Positions 34,192-49,147 of a stretch of 64,000 nucleotides of DNA are shown piece after piece. Position 1 is the first letter of the stretch. The number at the start of each line of letters is the position of its first letter. Source of the stretch: a cyanobacterium endosymbiont of Rhopalodia gibba. GTDB lineage: Bacteria; Cyanobacteriota; Cyanobacteriia; Cyanobacteriales; Microcystaceae. The stretch is from contig CP067995.1 in NCBI GenBank assembly GCA_045159875.1, positions 1,024,001-1,088,000 on the forward strand, in the 5' to 3' direction. The position numbers and the translations under genes were made by a program. Under the pieces are notes generated by a model. The model made no database searches and was not told where the DNA came from. It saw only the letters and a list, made by a program, of their open reading frames with translations.

Positions 34192-36594
34192 TTGATTCAA
34201 CAAGAAACCTTAAACCTTCTCGAATGGCCTCGACTCTGTCAACACTTGTCTACCTTTGCCGCGACAAAACTGGGAGTGTCAGCCGCCAACAACCTATCGA
34301 TTCCTGACAATCTTGAAGAAAGTAAGCGACTATTAGCTCAAACCCGAGAAATTTATCATTTAGAACAGAATTTAGAAGTTCCATGGTCTTTTGATGGGAT
34401 CACTGATATTGGAGACTCTCTAGAACGAGCTAAATTAGGAGGAATACTTTCTGGACAGGAATTGCTTAATATTGCTACCACTTTAGCTGGGGTGAGGCGA
34501 CTGCGGCGAATGATTGATAATCAAGAAAATTGTCCTATTTTAGAGAAATTAGTGGCAGATATTCGGACTTATCCCGAATTGGAGCAGAAAATCAACCATT
34601 GTATTGACGAAGCAGGGAAAGTCGCTGATCGCGCTAGTGTCAAATTAGGAGAGATTCGTCGAAACCTCAAAGATGTCCGCGATCACATTTATCAGAAACT
34701 CCAAAATATTATCCACCAGCAAGGAGGAGCAGTCCAAGAAGCTGTTATTACCCAACGAGGTGATCGTTTTGTAATTCCTGTAAAAGCTCCTCAAAAAGAC
34801 CAAATTAGAGGGATTATTCATGATACCTCTAGTACAGGAGCAACTATTTATGTTGAACCGAATTCCGTCGTACAATGGGGCAACCAACGCCGTCAATATT
34901 TACGTCAAGAACAGGTGGAAATAGAAGCTATTTTACGTATTTTAACCGAAGAAGTTGCTTCTATTTACGATGAACTAGACTATTTACTGAGAATAGCTAC
35001 TATTCTTGATTTAACAACGGCTAAAGCCCTTTATAGCTTATGGTTAAAAGGAAATGCTCCCGAATTTATTGACCCAACTCAAGGAGAACTGATTACTCTA
35101 CGGCAACTACGTCATCCCCTGCTCGTTTGGCAACAACAGTACGAACAAGGTTCTTCTGTCATTCCTATAAATGTTCAGGTTGATCCAAAAATTCGAGTTG
35201 TAGCAATCACCGGTCCTAACACAGGAGGCAAAACCGTCACCCTAAAAACTATCGGTTTAGCTGCTTTAATGGCTAAAGTAGGTTTATTCGTTCCTGCTAA
35301 AGAACCTGTGAAAATCCCTTGGTTTGGACATATCCTAGCAGACATTGGAGATGAACAGTCAATTGAACAAAGTTTATCCACCTTTTCAGGTCATATATGC
35401 CGCATCGTCCGTATTCTCGAATCTCTGACAACTACTTTTTCCCCTACCCTCTCTTTTTCTCTTGTCCTTCTTGATGAAGTAGGTGCAGGAACTGATCCCG
35501 CAGAGGGAAGTGCATTAGCTGCCGCTCTCCTTCATTATTTGGCTGAGCACGCTTCACTCACTATTGCCAGCACTCATTATGGAGAATTGAAAGCATTAAA
35601 ATATCAAGATGACCGTTTTGAGAATGCGTCAGTCGAATTTGATGAGCTAACCCTTTCCCCCACTTATCGTCTGTTGTGGGGAATTCCAGGACGTTCTAAT
35701 GCCCTAACGATTGCTGGTCGATTAGGGTTACAAATGGAAATTATTGAAGAGGCTAAAACTCGTATTGGAGGGTTTTCTGAAGAAATCAATGAAGTTATTG
35801 CTGGGTTAGAAAAACAACGAAGAGAACAGGAACAAAAAGCACAAGAAGCTAGTAACTTGTTACAACAAACTAAGGAGTTTTATATAAAAGTTTTAGAAAA
35901 AGCTTCGTCGTTACAACAACGAGAACAGTCGTTAAAACAATATCAAGAACAAGAAATTCAAAAGGAGATTGCCGAGGCAAAAGAAAAAATTGCTCAAGTT
36001 ATTCGTCAATTACAAAAGGGAAAACAAACGGGACAACAAGCACAAAAAGCTACGACAACTTTACAAGAAATTAGTGAACGTCAATTATCTAAACTGGAAC
36101 AATGTAAATCTGCTTATAAACCTCAAGTTGGAGAAAAAATTAAATTACTAAGATTTGGACAGACAGCAGATGTATTAGCAATAGATGAAGAACAAAAAGA
36201 AGTTACTGTTCGTTTTGGATTAATGAAAATGACTGTTTCTTTTACTAAGATTGAATCTTTAGATGGGAAAAAAGTTGAAGTTACTGCGAGAAAAAAAGTT
36301 CCTATTGCTACTCCATCAAAAACAAAAAAACCTCAATCCGTTCCGATGATTAGAACATCTCAAAATACTTTAGATATTCGAGGAAGTAGAGTTGCTGAAG
36401 CAGAATCAAATCTAGAAAATGCAATTTCTAAAGCTACTCAATCAGGGGTTTTATGGATCATTCATGGAAAAGGAACTGGAAAACTACGTCAAGGGGTTCA
36501 TGAATTTTTAAAGCTACATCCCCAAATAGATAAGTTTGAATTAGCACCTCAAAATGAAGGAGGCTCAGGAGTAACTATTGCTTATTTAAAATAG
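34192..36594 (+). CDS. mutS2: MutS2 endonuclease/ATPase
   Basis: TGPNTGGKT, DIGDEQSIEQSLSTFS, LDEVGAGTDP, C-terminal Smr IIHGKGTG. Confidence 0.97.
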   Translation: MIQQETLNLLEWPRLCQHLSTFAATKLGVSAANNLSIPDNLEESKRLLAQTREIYHLEQNLEVPWSFDGITDIGDSLERAKLGGILSGQELLNIATTLAGVRRLRRMIDNQENCPILEKLVADIRTYPELEQKINHCIDEAGKVADRASVKLGEIRRNLKDVRDHIYQKLQNIIHQQGGAVQEAVITQRGDRFVIPVKAPQKDQIRGIIHDTSSTGATIYVEPNSVVQWGNQRRQYLRQEQVEIEAILRILTEEVASIYDELDYLLRIATILDLTTAKALYSLWLKGNAPEFIDPTQGELITLRQLRHPLLVWQQQYEQGSSVIPINVQVDPKIRVVAITGPNTGGKTVTLKTIGLAALMAKVGLFVPAKEPVKIPWFGHILADIGDEQSIEQSLSTFSGHICRIVRILESLTTTFSPTLSFSLVLLDEVGAGTDPAEGSALAAALLHYLAEHASLTIASTHYGELKALKYQDDRFENASVEFDELTLSPTYRLLWGIPGRSNALTIAGRLGLQMEIIEEAKTRIGGFSEEINEVIAGLEKQRREQEQKAQEASNLLQQTKEFYIKVLEKASSLQQREQSLKQYQEQEIQKEIAEAKEKIAQVIRQLQKGKQTGQQAQKATTTLQEISERQLSKLEQCKSAYKPQVGEKIKLLRFGQTADVLAIDEEQKEVTVRFGLMKMTVSFTKIESLDGKKVEVTARKKVPIATPSKTKKPQSVPMIRTSQNTLDIRGSRVAEAESNLENAISKATQSGVLWIIHGKGTGKLRQGVHEFLKLHPQIDKFELAPQNEGGSGVTIAYLK

Positions 36595-39060
36595 TTAATC
36601 GTCAATAGTTGAGTTTAGCTTATCATCTAAGTATCATTAAAACTAAGCATTTTGAGATAATTATAAATTCTAAGAAGTATCAAAATATTGAAATATGTTA
36701 TTTCACCTTAGCAGAGGTTTGAAAGATTATTTTTATCAATTTAGTTCCTTAGGTAACTGCATTAAGTAAGAAGAGTAAAATTTTTAAAATTTATCTATTA
36801 TTTTATTTATCTATTTATATTTATGTAACAAGTTTAGAAAAAACAATTATATTGAACAAGCCTCTTATTTAATTAAGACAATTAAAATCAATAAAAGTAT
36901 TAATATACTATCGATAGATAAGATTATTTGAATGATATAATTATTTTAATAGTAGATTTAAAAACAATTTATTCTAAAAAATAGATCATACTAAGTTTTA
37001 TTTAGTGTTTAATAAATTAGCAATTAAAATCTAGTAAATTTATTAAAATCATAAGCTTTATTTGGAGGTTAATTGATAAGAACTAAACCAGATTTACTTG
37101 GCGTTAAGCGATCTTAATTTTTAGTCAAATTTACTTGTGTTACTAATTTAGTAAGTCATAATTAATTCAGGATTAAATAATTTTTTAACCATATTTTTGT
37201 TGATAATTATAATCTCTAAAATTTGGGATTAAGTGCAGGCTGTTTAAACCTATATTCAGATATTAAAAATGATTTTTTAAATTCTTAAACCCTATTACTT
37301 CAAAATTATTGACAGTATCTAAAACTAATATATTTAGATTATACCGAACTCAAAATGGTTAACTGATAGTTGGAAGTCAAAAATAGGAAATAAAGAATGA
37401 TAAATAATTTTTAAACAAAATCGAAAATACGTCATATATTAATGGTTTTAAAGACTTGATGAGTCTAAGCCAAGGGATAGATATCATTGTTTTTACTATA
37501 AAAATAGTGAAAATTAGATTATAAGATAAACTATATAGTTTAGTCCAATTTTTTAGAAAAAATACTGTCTTAATTAAACCCAAGATAGCATAAAGATATA
37601 GAAAACATATATCGAGTAGAATGTATCAGACTTTTAGTTATAAAATAAAAAGGTTGAGTAAATAAAGAACAAAACATATCTAAATTTTCGTTAGAACAAA
37701 CTGATAATACAAAATTAACTAGTGACATGCTAAGCTAAGAAACTTCAATTTTCTACTACTTTTTGAGTTTTTTTTTAGTTAAAGTAGGTAATAATTTCTT
37801 CAATTCTCTTTAAATCAATACATTTATAAGAAGATTAGTGACATTTTATATATCTGGCTTGCTTTAGCCTTTTGTTCTCTGCTTAAATCTTTTTCTTAGA
37901 TAAGATATATTTACTTCTATTTAATCTTGATATAATTTTTTTTAAAAAAATACTAATATTTGCGAGCTCTTTAGCTTATAGTTAAAAGTTTTTTTTTAAA
38001 AAAACTTGAACATTAACTTATCTTATCACATAAAATATATATGCTATGTTACTGCTTCGACTTATAGAATTACTTGATTCATGATATTTTGATAAGATTT
38101 TTTAATATCTATATTCACTTGTTTGATTTTTTTAAAAATCTCTGTCGACAAAACTTATAATAATTTTACTTTTTTAAGAAAAAGCTCTTTTTTCTAAAAT
38201 TTTACTCTTATTCCTTCATCTAAATTGACCATTATTACATAATAACTTTCTTGTCTTTTTATTACAGAAATCTAATCAATTACTAACTATTTTAATGTCT
38301 AGATTTTTTGTTTACATTTCTCCATCTAAATCTAGAATCATTATTTCTATTTCTTTTAGTTGTATCTTAATGTTTCTATTGAAAATCTCTACGATATTTT
38401 TTTTAGTTTTTTTTTAAAAAAAAGCTTAATTTTCTTGTGGATTTATTTACGGATTGATTACATTCTATTTTAGAAAAATTATCTTTATTCAAATATATAT
38501 TTTGAGTTTAAAGCAAATTGCTTATAGTTAATTTATCATTTTAATCTAATTTTTAGAAATTGAACTACAATAAATACTTACTTGCTGTTAAGTATACTTT
38601 TTTGGGGTTTAAAATTTCATTTATTAAACTAAGTTAAGTATTTTATACTTTAGAAGTAAAGGTGTTTAATTTAATTAAATTAGATTTAAGCATAAGATTT
38701 GTATAAATATTAATTATTTAATGGCTAGTTTTTGACATATTAATAATTAATATTGATACTTTATTTATGTATTTTTAATCAGAACATAATGAGCTCAATA
38801 AACCTTTAATTACATCCAAAGTAACTGGAAAAAACTAAAAAAATAAAATAAAAATAATTCTAAATTTATCAAAAGAAAACATTTGATTAATTATTGATTT
38901 AATCAGAAAACTAGAAAGTTGAAATCTGTTCTTTGTTATCTCTTCATTAAAGTGTTAGTTTTACCCAAATGATAGATTAGGTAGAACCTATTATTTGGGA
39001 GATAGTTATGTTAAAATATAAGAGGATATAAAAATAAATCTAATTATCTGAATTAAAATT

Positions 39061-39092
39061 AGGCCTTTAACTAGGCCTTTAACTAGTCCTTT
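39061..39092 (+). repeat. Short tandem repeat upstream of gyrA
   Basis: AGGCCTTTAACT x2 plus partial AGTCCTTT. Confidence 0.7.
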
Positions 39093-39153
39093 TTTGTCTC
39101 TTTTTAAGACAATATTCCCTTAATCTACAACCTTTAATGGAGTTGATTATCCT

Positions 39154-41865
39154 ATGACTGCCTCTCAAGATCGGATTATTCCCATAGACTTGAGTAATGA
39201 AATGTCCCGTTCTTACTTGGAATACGCCATGAGCGTCATTGTAGGAAGAGCATTACCCGATGCTAGGGATGGGTTAAAACCAGTCCACCGTCGTATTCTC
39301 TACGCCATGTATGAACTAGGTTTAACTCCTGAACGCCCTTTCCGAAAGTGCGCAAGGGTGGTTGGAGAAGTTTTAGGGAAATATCACCCTCACGGTGATG
39401 CAGCTGTTTATGATGCACTAGTAAGGATGGCGCAGAGTTTTTCGATGCGAAATCCACTAATTGAAGGGCATGGAAATTTTGGATCGGTAGACAATGATCC
39501 CCCTGCAGCTATGCGTTATACGGAGTGTCGCCTACAATCGTTAGCAACAAATGCTTTATTAAGAGACATTGAATCAGAAACAGTTGATTTTGCTGACACC
39601 TTTGACGGCTCACAACAAGAACCTGTTGTACTCCCTGCTAGGATTCCCCAATTACTACTTAATGGTTCTTCGGGAATTGCGGTAGGGATGGCGACCAATA
39701 TTCCTCCCCATAACTTAGGAGAATTGATCGAGGGAACCGTAGCTTTAATTGATGAACCAGAAATAGAAGAGGTAAAACTGAGAAAAATTATTCCTGGACC
39801 TGATTTCCCCACTGGAGGACAAATATTGGGAAGATCAGGTATTAAGGATGCTTATACCACTGGACGTGGTTCGATTACCATGCGAGGGGTGGCTACTATT
39901 GCCACTGTTGAACAAAAGGGAAAACCTGATCGCGAAGCCATTATTGTCACCCAATTACCTTATCAAACTAACAAAGCAGCTTTAATTGAACGAATTGCTA
40001 ATCTAGTTAACGATAAACGTATTGAAGGGATCTCCGATATTCGAGACGAGAGTGATCGCGAAGGAATGCGGATTGTGATTGAACTCAAGCGGGATGCTTA
40101 TCCCCGTGTTGTTCTCAATAACCTCTATAAGCAAACCCCAATCCAAAGCAATTTTGGGGCGAATATGCTGGCATTAGTCAATGGAGAACCACAATTACTC
40201 ACTATAAAAAGGTTTCTTCAAATTTTCCTTGATTTTCGTATCGAGACTATCACTAAGCGGACTCAATATGAGTTACGCAAAGCTGAAGAAAGGGATCATC
40301 TATTAAAAGGGTTACTAATCGCCTTGAATAACTTAGACGCAGTTATTCGACTAATTCGCCAAGCGGCTGATACAGCCGCTGCCAAAGAAGAATTAGTTGG
40401 AAAATTTAGTCTTTCTGTGGTTCAAGCAGACGCTATTCTACAAATGCAACTGCGTCGTCTCACTGCTTTAGAAGCTGACAAGATTCATGCTGAAGACAAA
40501 GAGCTCCGGTTAAAAATTGTTGATTTACAAGATATTTTAGCTAAGCGTGAACGTATCGAAACCATTATCAAAGAAGAACTCGAACAAATCAAATCTATCC
40601 ATGCTACCTCTCGCTGTACCGAAATTATCCGTGACGACGGAGAAATCATTGATACTGATTTAATTGCTAATGAGCAAGCGATCATTCTCCTTACAGAACA
40701 AGGATACATTAAACGGATGCCTGTCAGTACCTTTGGAGCGCAAAGTCGGGCAACGCGTGGCAAAGCAGCAGCAAAAATAAAAGAAAATGATGTAGTCGAA
40801 CATTTCTTAAGCTGTTGTGACCACAATCAAGTTCTATTTTTTAGTGATCGCGGTGTCGTCTATGGTATTCCTGCTTATCAAATTCCCGCAGCTTCTCGAA
40901 CCGCCAGAGGAGTTCCCATCGTCCAAATGTTACCCATTCCCAAGGATGAAAAAATTACTTCTATCGTAGCAGTAAGTGAGTTTAGCGAAGATATATATCT
41001 CATTATGTTGACTCGTAAAGGATACATCAAAAAAACAGCCTTAGCGGCTTTTAGTAATATTCGCGCCAACGGGTTAATTGCTATTTCTTTAGGAGAGGGA
41101 GATCAACTGCGTTGGGTAAGACTTGCCAGAGCAGAAGATAGTATCATTATTGGGACACGCCAAGGGATGGCAATTCATTTTCACGCTAATCACCAGCAAT
41201 TGCGACCCCTGGGACGATCTACACGAGGAGTTAAAGCCATGAAGTTAAAGTCAGACGATAACTTCATCAGTATGGATATTCTTTCAAGTCAAGTGATAGC
41301 CGGAATGGAGAATAATATACAAGAGGAGGAAGACGAAGAATTACTAGAAACTGAAGAATTACTAGAAACTGAAGAATTACTAGAAACTGAAGAATTACTA
41401 GAAACTGAAGAATTACTAGAAACTGAAAAATTACTAGAAACTGAAGAATTACTAGAAACTGAAGAATTACTAGAAACTGAAGAATTACTAGACACCGAAG
41501 AAACCACTGGTGGACCGTGGGTATTAGCTATTACCAATGGAGGGTATGGAAAGCGAGTTCCCGTTAATAAATTCCGTCTTCAAAATCGTGCAGGGATGGG
41601 GGTCAAAGCTATTAAGTTTAAATTTAAAACTGATCGTCTAGCATCGTTGCATATTGTAAATGAAGATAACGAGTTGATGATTGTGTCTAACCGAGGTATT
41701 ATTATTCGTCAAGCGGTTAAGGCTATTTCTCTGCAATCTCGTATGGCTACGGGAGTTCGGGTACAAAGGTTAGACGATGATGACGCAATTGCTGCTGTTG
41801 CCTTAGTTCCTCAGTCCGCACGAGAGGAACTAAGTAACGAAGTAAACGAAGGTGAAGAAGAATAG
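39154..41865 (+). CDS. gyrA: DNA gyrase subunit A
   Basis: [25 protein letters not shown], GyrA-box-like QSRATRG, beta-pinwheel CTD. Confidence 0.97.
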   Translation: MTASQDRIIPIDLSNEMSRSYLEYAMSVIVGRALPDARDGLKPVHRRILYAMYELGLTPERPFRKCARVVGEVLGKYHPHGDAAVYDALVRMAQSFSMRNPLIEGHGNFGSVDNDPPAAMRYTECRLQSLATNALLRDIESETVDFADTFDGSQQEPVVLPARIPQLLLNGSSGIAVGMATNIPPHNLGELIEGTVALIDEPEIEEVKLRKIIPGPDFPTGGQILGRSGIKDAYTTGRGSITMRGVATIATVEQKGKPDREAIIVTQLPYQTNKAALIERIANLVNDKRIEGISDIRDESDREGMRIVIELKRDAYPRVVLNNLYKQTPIQSNFGANMLALVNGEPQLLTIKRFLQIFLDFRIETITKRTQYELRKAEERDHLLKGLLIALNNLDAVIRLIRQAADTAAAKEELVGKFSLSVVQADAILQMQLRRLTALEADKIHAEDKELRLKIVDLQDILAKRERIETIIKEELEQIKSIHATSRCTEIIRDDGEIIDTDLIANEQAIILLTEQGYIKRMPVSTFGAQSRATRGKAAAKIKENDVVEHFLSCCDHNQVLFFSDRGVVYGIPAYQIPAASRTARGVPIVQMLPIPKDEKITSIVAVSEFSEDIYLIMLTRKGYIKKTALAAFSNIRANGLIAISLGEGDQLRWVRLARAEDSIIIGTRQGMAIHFHANHQQLRPLGRSTRGVKAMKLKSDDNFISMDILSSQVIAGMENNIQEEEDEELLETEELLETEELLETEELLETEELLETEKLLETEELLETEELLETEELLDTEETTGGPWVLAITNGGYGKRVPVNKFRLQNRAGMGVKAIKFKFKTDRLASLHIVNEDNELMIVSNRGIIIRQAVKAISLQSRMATGVRVQRLDDDDAIAAVALVPQSAREELSNEVNEGEEE
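41335..41502 (+). repeat. In-frame 18-bp tandem repeat x9 (GAAGAATTACTAGAAACT = EELLET) inside gyrA
   Basis: Seven perfect units plus the variants EKLLET (unit 6) and EELLDT (unit 9). Confidence 0.98.
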
Positions 41866-42149
41866 ATTTATGAGTAGGGGTTAAAGATTGTCAATCCCTA
41901 CTAGAAGTTAAGCATTAACAAATTTACTTAAATATCAAACGTTTTAAGAGAAAATAGTAGTTATTTTTGAATTCAAGCCACAAAAATTGGCGGAACAATG
42001 ACAAACCTGTAACTTTAGTTACAGGTTTGTTTGTAGATTTTTTAGAACAAAATTTATATGAACTTTAAGAAATAATTGTTTTTGTAGTTGATGCCAGTTA
42101 TCAATTAACTTTTTAACTGTTATTAATTCTAAATAAATGTTAATTTTGA

Positions 42150-42430
42150 CGTTGATAGAGCTTTTCAAAGAGTTCGTGAAGATATATTCTCGGTCTCTAA
42201 ATAATTCGCTAATTAAATTCGTCTTCAACTCAGGTACAAGTTTATCGTCATCTGTGTTGTCTGAAGTTGAAAAGTCAACATTCACCACAGTTGTTTACAA
42301 TCAGATTTAGTTTCAATTCCTGATATTATATTACAGAATTTTGCTCTCATCTAACTAAGCCTTTAAAACTCATTGTGCTTTATTGTGATCCTAATAACAT
42401 ACTTTTATCGGAGTACAATCAATAAAACTG
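42150..42430 (-). mobile_element. IS982-family transposase remnant (DDE core)
   Basis: FIDCTPIKVC..VFKGLV..NSV..LKLNLIVNNCGE..DNTDDDKLVPEL..LFRDREYI matches the IS982 pattern FIDST..VC..FKG..GFKLHL..GE..N.DDR.PV..LFGD.GYI. Confidence 0.75.
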
Positions 42431-43013
42431 ACTTCTTTAATTTTTTTTTTGAAATATATCAGAAATAGCATGGTAGCATTATTTTCCAAGATCTAAGTGT
42501 AGAAAATGATTATAGTTGACTAGGTCAGGAAATAATTCTTGGTAATGGAAAAAAATATATGATGAATAAAATTCTTTAAAGGTTAGATATAATTAACTAT
42601 GAAAACCGATTAAAATGGATAAGCTTATAATTATTTTTTCAGATAAATACTCTCAATTAAGGAACGTATTAAAAATACTGTTAAAACTTTAATAGAAGTA
42701 ATCTGGATTGCAAAATACTATTAACCGATGCTCAGAATCAAATCTGAAGATAATTATCTTTTGAAGTTAATCGTAATAATTTTCTTAAATTAGGTGTGAT
42801 AAAGTTATAAAAATATAGCTAAGTTAATGAGAGATAGCTTGTGAATATTCAATATAAAAAATATCTACCTTGATATTCCTAGAATAAAGAGAAACTACCT
42901 ATCAATATTTTTTGAATAGTTGTCATATCATAAGTAGATGACTCGACGAAATATAAGTTCATTTTTACAGTAGAACTATCCAAGCAGTGACAGAAGGAAT
43001 CAAGGAGCAAACT

Positions 43014-43051
43014 AAATTGATTAAGCTATAAACTTATAGCTTAATCAATTT
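43014..43051. repeat. Perfect inverted repeat, 18-bp arms with a 2-nt spacer
   Basis: AAATTGATTAAGCTATAA-AC-TTATAGCTTAATCAATTT. Confidence 0.9.
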
Positions 43052-43267
43052 TAATTAGACTAGAAGAAGAGTCTTGTTAGACTAATATTTGTCCCACTAA
43101 TCTATAACACTTAATCTTAAGAGTGGTAAAAACAATCAACTTTTTTTAAAAAGTTGAATTGATATAGGGTAATTGTATTTTTTTTGAAATCTTAACTGAA
43201 ATGTAGAATGGATTTGTACCGAATGTTCATTTGTTATTCACGCTGTACCGAACATTCAGTACAGAGA

Positions 43268-45250
<1,983 letters not shown>

Positions 45251-46086
45251 TCAAAAATTCTAACACATAAGGTTTAAAGACTGCTTTAGAGAGGTCTGGA
45301 GAGAGTTTTTTATTTAGGTATAGACAGTAGTTATAGAGACAAAATTAGAGAAAAATTTTAACTTTTGACTGAATGTAGAGGTCAATAACCGTTGACATAT
45401 ATTCTCGACTTATAAAAATAAATGGAGAAAATTCATTTATTTTTAAGTTAGTATGAGCTGATATACGTGATTACTAATTTTGATAAATTTCAAATAATAT
45501 AACAAAGTCTTTGAATTAATTTAATTGACAATGGATTAAGCTCTCTAAAGATAGAAAATACTAAATTTTTATCAAATAAAAAACTCGAATTATTTAAAAA
45601 TTAAAAATAAAATAAAATTAACACACTAAATTTTTAAAATTTTCTAGTATTTGTTCTAAGATAATGTTCAACCACTCAATGGCAGGTAATCTCTCCTGAT
45701 GGCAAAATAGTAACTTTAAATAGTTACTATTTCATCAATTAATCAAATAAATTGCTTACTATAAGCTTAACTGAAGCTACTATCACCTGCCGCAATTTTC
45801 TAAAGATATTCCTTACGGTAAACGTGCTATTATACTATGAAGCTCAATCTAATAGAACATACCTCATTAGAACAGTAGCTAGAAAAAACTTACCACTATT
45901 CTGCTGGATAAATTGTTTTAATTATTCTTGAAAAGAATACTATAAGTAGTTCAAATATAAGTTAAAAATTTTTTTTGAATATGAGTCTAGAAGAGATTTT
46001 GCTCCTAACTTGAACACTTGCTAAGTTCTGCTATACCCTGTATTGCAGATAGTACATTATGTATTTAAATTTAGACGGACAATCAT

Positions 46087-47799
46087 ATGCTGCGACTAGA
46101 AAACATCAGTAAAATTTACCCAACTGCGGAAGTGCTAAAAAACGTTACTTGGGAAGTCAACGCAGGAGAACGAGTCGGGTTAGTGGGAGCAAATGGGGCG
46201 GGTAAATCTACTCAACTCAAAATCATTATGGGACAAGTAGAACCGACTTCTGGAGAAGTAGTTCGGACAGGAAATCTGAAAATTGGTTATCTAACCCAAG
46301 AATTCGAGGTGGAACCAAGTCGGACTGTTCATGAAGAATTCTGGACTGCATTTGAACAAGCCAATCGAGTCTACCAAGAATTAATCAGAGTTCAACACCA
46401 GATGGAAGTTGCAGATACTGATAAATTAGATGAACTAATTCATAAACTGGATAAATTGCAAAGAGAATTTGAAGCTCTTGATGGTTATTTTCTCGATGCG
46501 GCTATTGCCAAAATATTACCGGAAATGGGCTTTAAGCTTGAAGATGGTGAGCGTTTAGTAAGTTCCTTTAGCTGTGGTTGGCAAATGCGGATGAGTTTAG
46601 GTAAAATTCTCTTACAAGAGCCTGATATTTTACTACTTGATGAACCAACAAACCATCTAGATTTGGAAACCATTGAATGGGTTGAAAAATATCTCAAAGG
46701 ACTCAATCTTCCGATGGTAATTGTTTCCCATGAACGGGAATTTTTAGACCGTTTATGTACAAAAATTGTTGAAACGGAGCGTGGCATTTCTAGTACTTAT
46801 GTTGGGAACTATTCTGATTATCTCCAACAAAAAGCTCTCAGTCGAGAGATTCAAGAGAATACGTATCAACGGCAACAGAAAGAAAGACAGAAACAACAGG
46901 AGTTTGTTGATCGTTTTCGAGCTAGTGCAACTCGTAGTACCCAAGCAAAAAGTCGTGAAAAACAACTTGAAAAAATGGAAGTTGTAGACGCCCCCATTGC
47001 TAATGTCAAAACTCTACAGTTTGAGTTTCCTCCAGCTCCTATGAGTGGTCGTGAGGTCATTATCATTAAAGATTTAGTCCATGGTTATGAAAATAAGATT
47101 CTTTTCTTAGGGGCAAGTTTATTGGTAGAACGAGGTGATCGTATCGCCGTGCTCGGTCCCAATGGAGCTGGAAAATCAACTCTACTCCGCTTAATTACAA
47201 ATCTAGAAAAAGCTGATGAGGGGGAAGTTAATTTAGGAAAATATAACGTTATTCCAGGATATTTTGAGCAGAACCAAGCCGAAGCATTAGATTTAACTAA
47301 AACTGTTATAAATACGATTCATGATGAGGTCCCCGATTGGACTAATACGAAAATTCGTTCTTTGTTAGGTCAATTTCTTTTTAGTGGAGAAACAGTGTTT
47401 AAGAAGGTTGAAGGGTTAAGTGGAGGAGAAAAAGCTAGACTTGCTTTACTTAAAATGTTGCTGAAACCTGCTAATTTATTAATTCTTGATGAACCAACTA
47501 ATCACCTAGATATTCCAGCTAAAGAAATGCTTGAGAAAGCATTATCTAAATATGATGGAACAGTTTTATGTATATCTCATGATCGCTATTTTATTTCTCA
47601 AGTTGCTAATAAAATTGTTGAAATTAAAGAAGGAGAATTAATAGTTTATCCAGGAGATTATCATTTTTATCTAGATAAGAAAGAAGAGGAAAGACAAAAA
47701 TTAGAGAAGGAGAAAATAGAAGACAAAAAAGCAGCTAAAGCAGCAGCAAAACGAGCTAAACAGAAAGAAAAAGTTAAAGAAAAGAAAACTCAGGCATAA
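46087..47799 (+). CDS. ABC-F family ATPase (two NBDs, no transmembrane domain)
   Basis: GANGAGKST and GPNGAGKST, two LDEPTNHLD motifs, inter-domain linker, Lys-rich C-terminal tail. Confidence 0.93.
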   Translation: MLRLENISKIYPTAEVLKNVTWEVNAGERVGLVGANGAGKSTQLKIIMGQVEPTSGEVVRTGNLKIGYLTQEFEVEPSRTVHEEFWTAFEQANRVYQELIRVQHQMEVADTDKLDELIHKLDKLQREFEALDGYFLDAAIAKILPEMGFKLEDGERLVSSFSCGWQMRMSLGKILLQEPDILLLDEPTNHLDLETIEWVEKYLKGLNLPMVIVSHEREFLDRLCTKIVETERGISSTYVGNYSDYLQQKALSREIQENTYQRQQKERQKQQEFVDRFRASATRSTQAKSREKQLEKMEVVDAPIANVKTLQFEFPPAPMSGREVIIIKDLVHGYENKILFLGASLLVERGDRIAVLGPNGAGKSTLLRLITNLEKADEGEVNLGKYNVIPGYFEQNQAEALDLTKTVINTIHDEVPDWTNTKIRSLLGQFLFSGETVFKKVEGLSGGEKARLALLKMLLKPANLLILDEPTNHLDIPAKEMLEKALSKYDGTVLCISHDRYFISQVANKIVEIKEGELIVYPGDYHFYLDKKEEERQKLEKEKIEDKKAAKAAAKRAKQKEKVKEKKTQA

Positions 47800-47875
47800 T
47801 TTTCACTTCATTTTGAAGATTTTCTATTGAGCTTTTCTTTGACCTAACCTCGAGGAACAACAACATTTAATAAGA

Positions 47876-48130
47876 CAGCCTGAGTCAATATAACTTCAAT
47901 CAATAGACATAAGTTTAATAGAAAGTCATGATGAAAAAATAGGGAAGTAGTGGCTCTATGTTAGAGACAGTATTTATTTAGGTGTGGTGCTATAGATATA
48001 AAAACTCGTCTAGATTAAGCTAACTTCAGGAAAAACAGATAACTGTACACTTATTGCTGAGTTAATGTAAGATTTGAACAGCAATTAGTTTGAGACAGAG
48101 GAAGTTTTGCTAAAAAATTTCAAATACTAG
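47876..48130 (+). mobile_element. Probable IS982-family fragment
   Basis: KLTSGKTDNCTLIAELM*DL followed by a frameshifted FGDRG-like stretch, resembling the relic at 42150-42430. Confidence 0.4.
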
Positions 48131-49147
48131 CTTATTCAATAGTTATACCATCAAGTCTTCTTGATAGAGAGTGTCAGATTAAACTCGAAAAAAACTTAAC
48201 AAACAATTCCTGCTAAATGATTAACACAAATTGGTTTATAAAGTATAAAAATACTAGTCACTACGCATCAAAAGCAGGGAAAAGCAATTGATGTAACAGC
48301 CCGAGAGGTACAAAATTATTAAATATTTAAATTTTGCGTAATTTCCGATTGTTGCGCACACAAATTTATAACCAATTATAGAAATTTAGATTTTTTATAT
48401 CTAAAAATAACAGACAAAACTTGTCCAGAGGTCTAGTTAGTCTGTTTAACAACTGTACTTCCGTGTATTTAAATCTAGAGTGGAAATATAGGTAAGGAAA
48501 AACAGCTGGTTTCTTAGTGGAGGAATAGAATTAAGGATTTTGGGGGAATCAATAATTATTCTGAGATGCCAGCAACGGCTCATTGCTTTTTTAATCACTT
48601 TTATTGGGATCATATTCAGAAGTTTCTCTCCTTTAGACTAGCCTTTAACACGGATAGTTGTTCTTATGTTTATGTTTTAATATCCTCTAACGGATCTAAG
48701 TAAATGAACTGGAATAAATGTAAAATTGAAAAGTAGTTAGATAAAGGACAATTACTAGATGGCAACCGGCATAAAAACTTAGTTAACAAAACAAGAAAAG
48801 TAAAAACCATTAAAGTTAACTCACAATTAAAAAATTATTTCCATTAAAAATAATAAAAGCAAAAATATTATCTTTAGAGGCAAAAGAATAGAAAATCTCA
48901 GATTGAGTGGTTTTTTAAAAAAGAAAAATTTAAGAGTTACCCGTTGGCGGATTAATTAAAATATGATTTCTGGAAAGAATATGAATTAATCTCTAAAAAT
49001 AAAAAGCATAAAACAGATATGATATGATGATTTCTTGAAATAAGAGATAGCCATCATTACTCTTACGAGTAATGTTACTTTTTTCTGTTTATAGAAAGGT
49101 AAGATATGGGTTAAACCTTACAGCTTATATCTTAAGTTGTTGTAATA

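Noticed and set aside
37740..38350. Possible ISAs1/IS1380-like relic resembling ~62060-62480
   Set aside because: Only short AT-rich matches and inconsistent motif spacing; cannot be supported by eye
41289..41537. Ser-rich (SSNSSV)n ORF, or a possible CRISPR-like array
   Set aside because: It is the antisense reading of the gyrA 18-bp repeat; there are no unique spacers and no cas genes
45660..45910. WD40-like fragment (VISPDGKIV)
   Set aside because: A single short motif, not enough for a call
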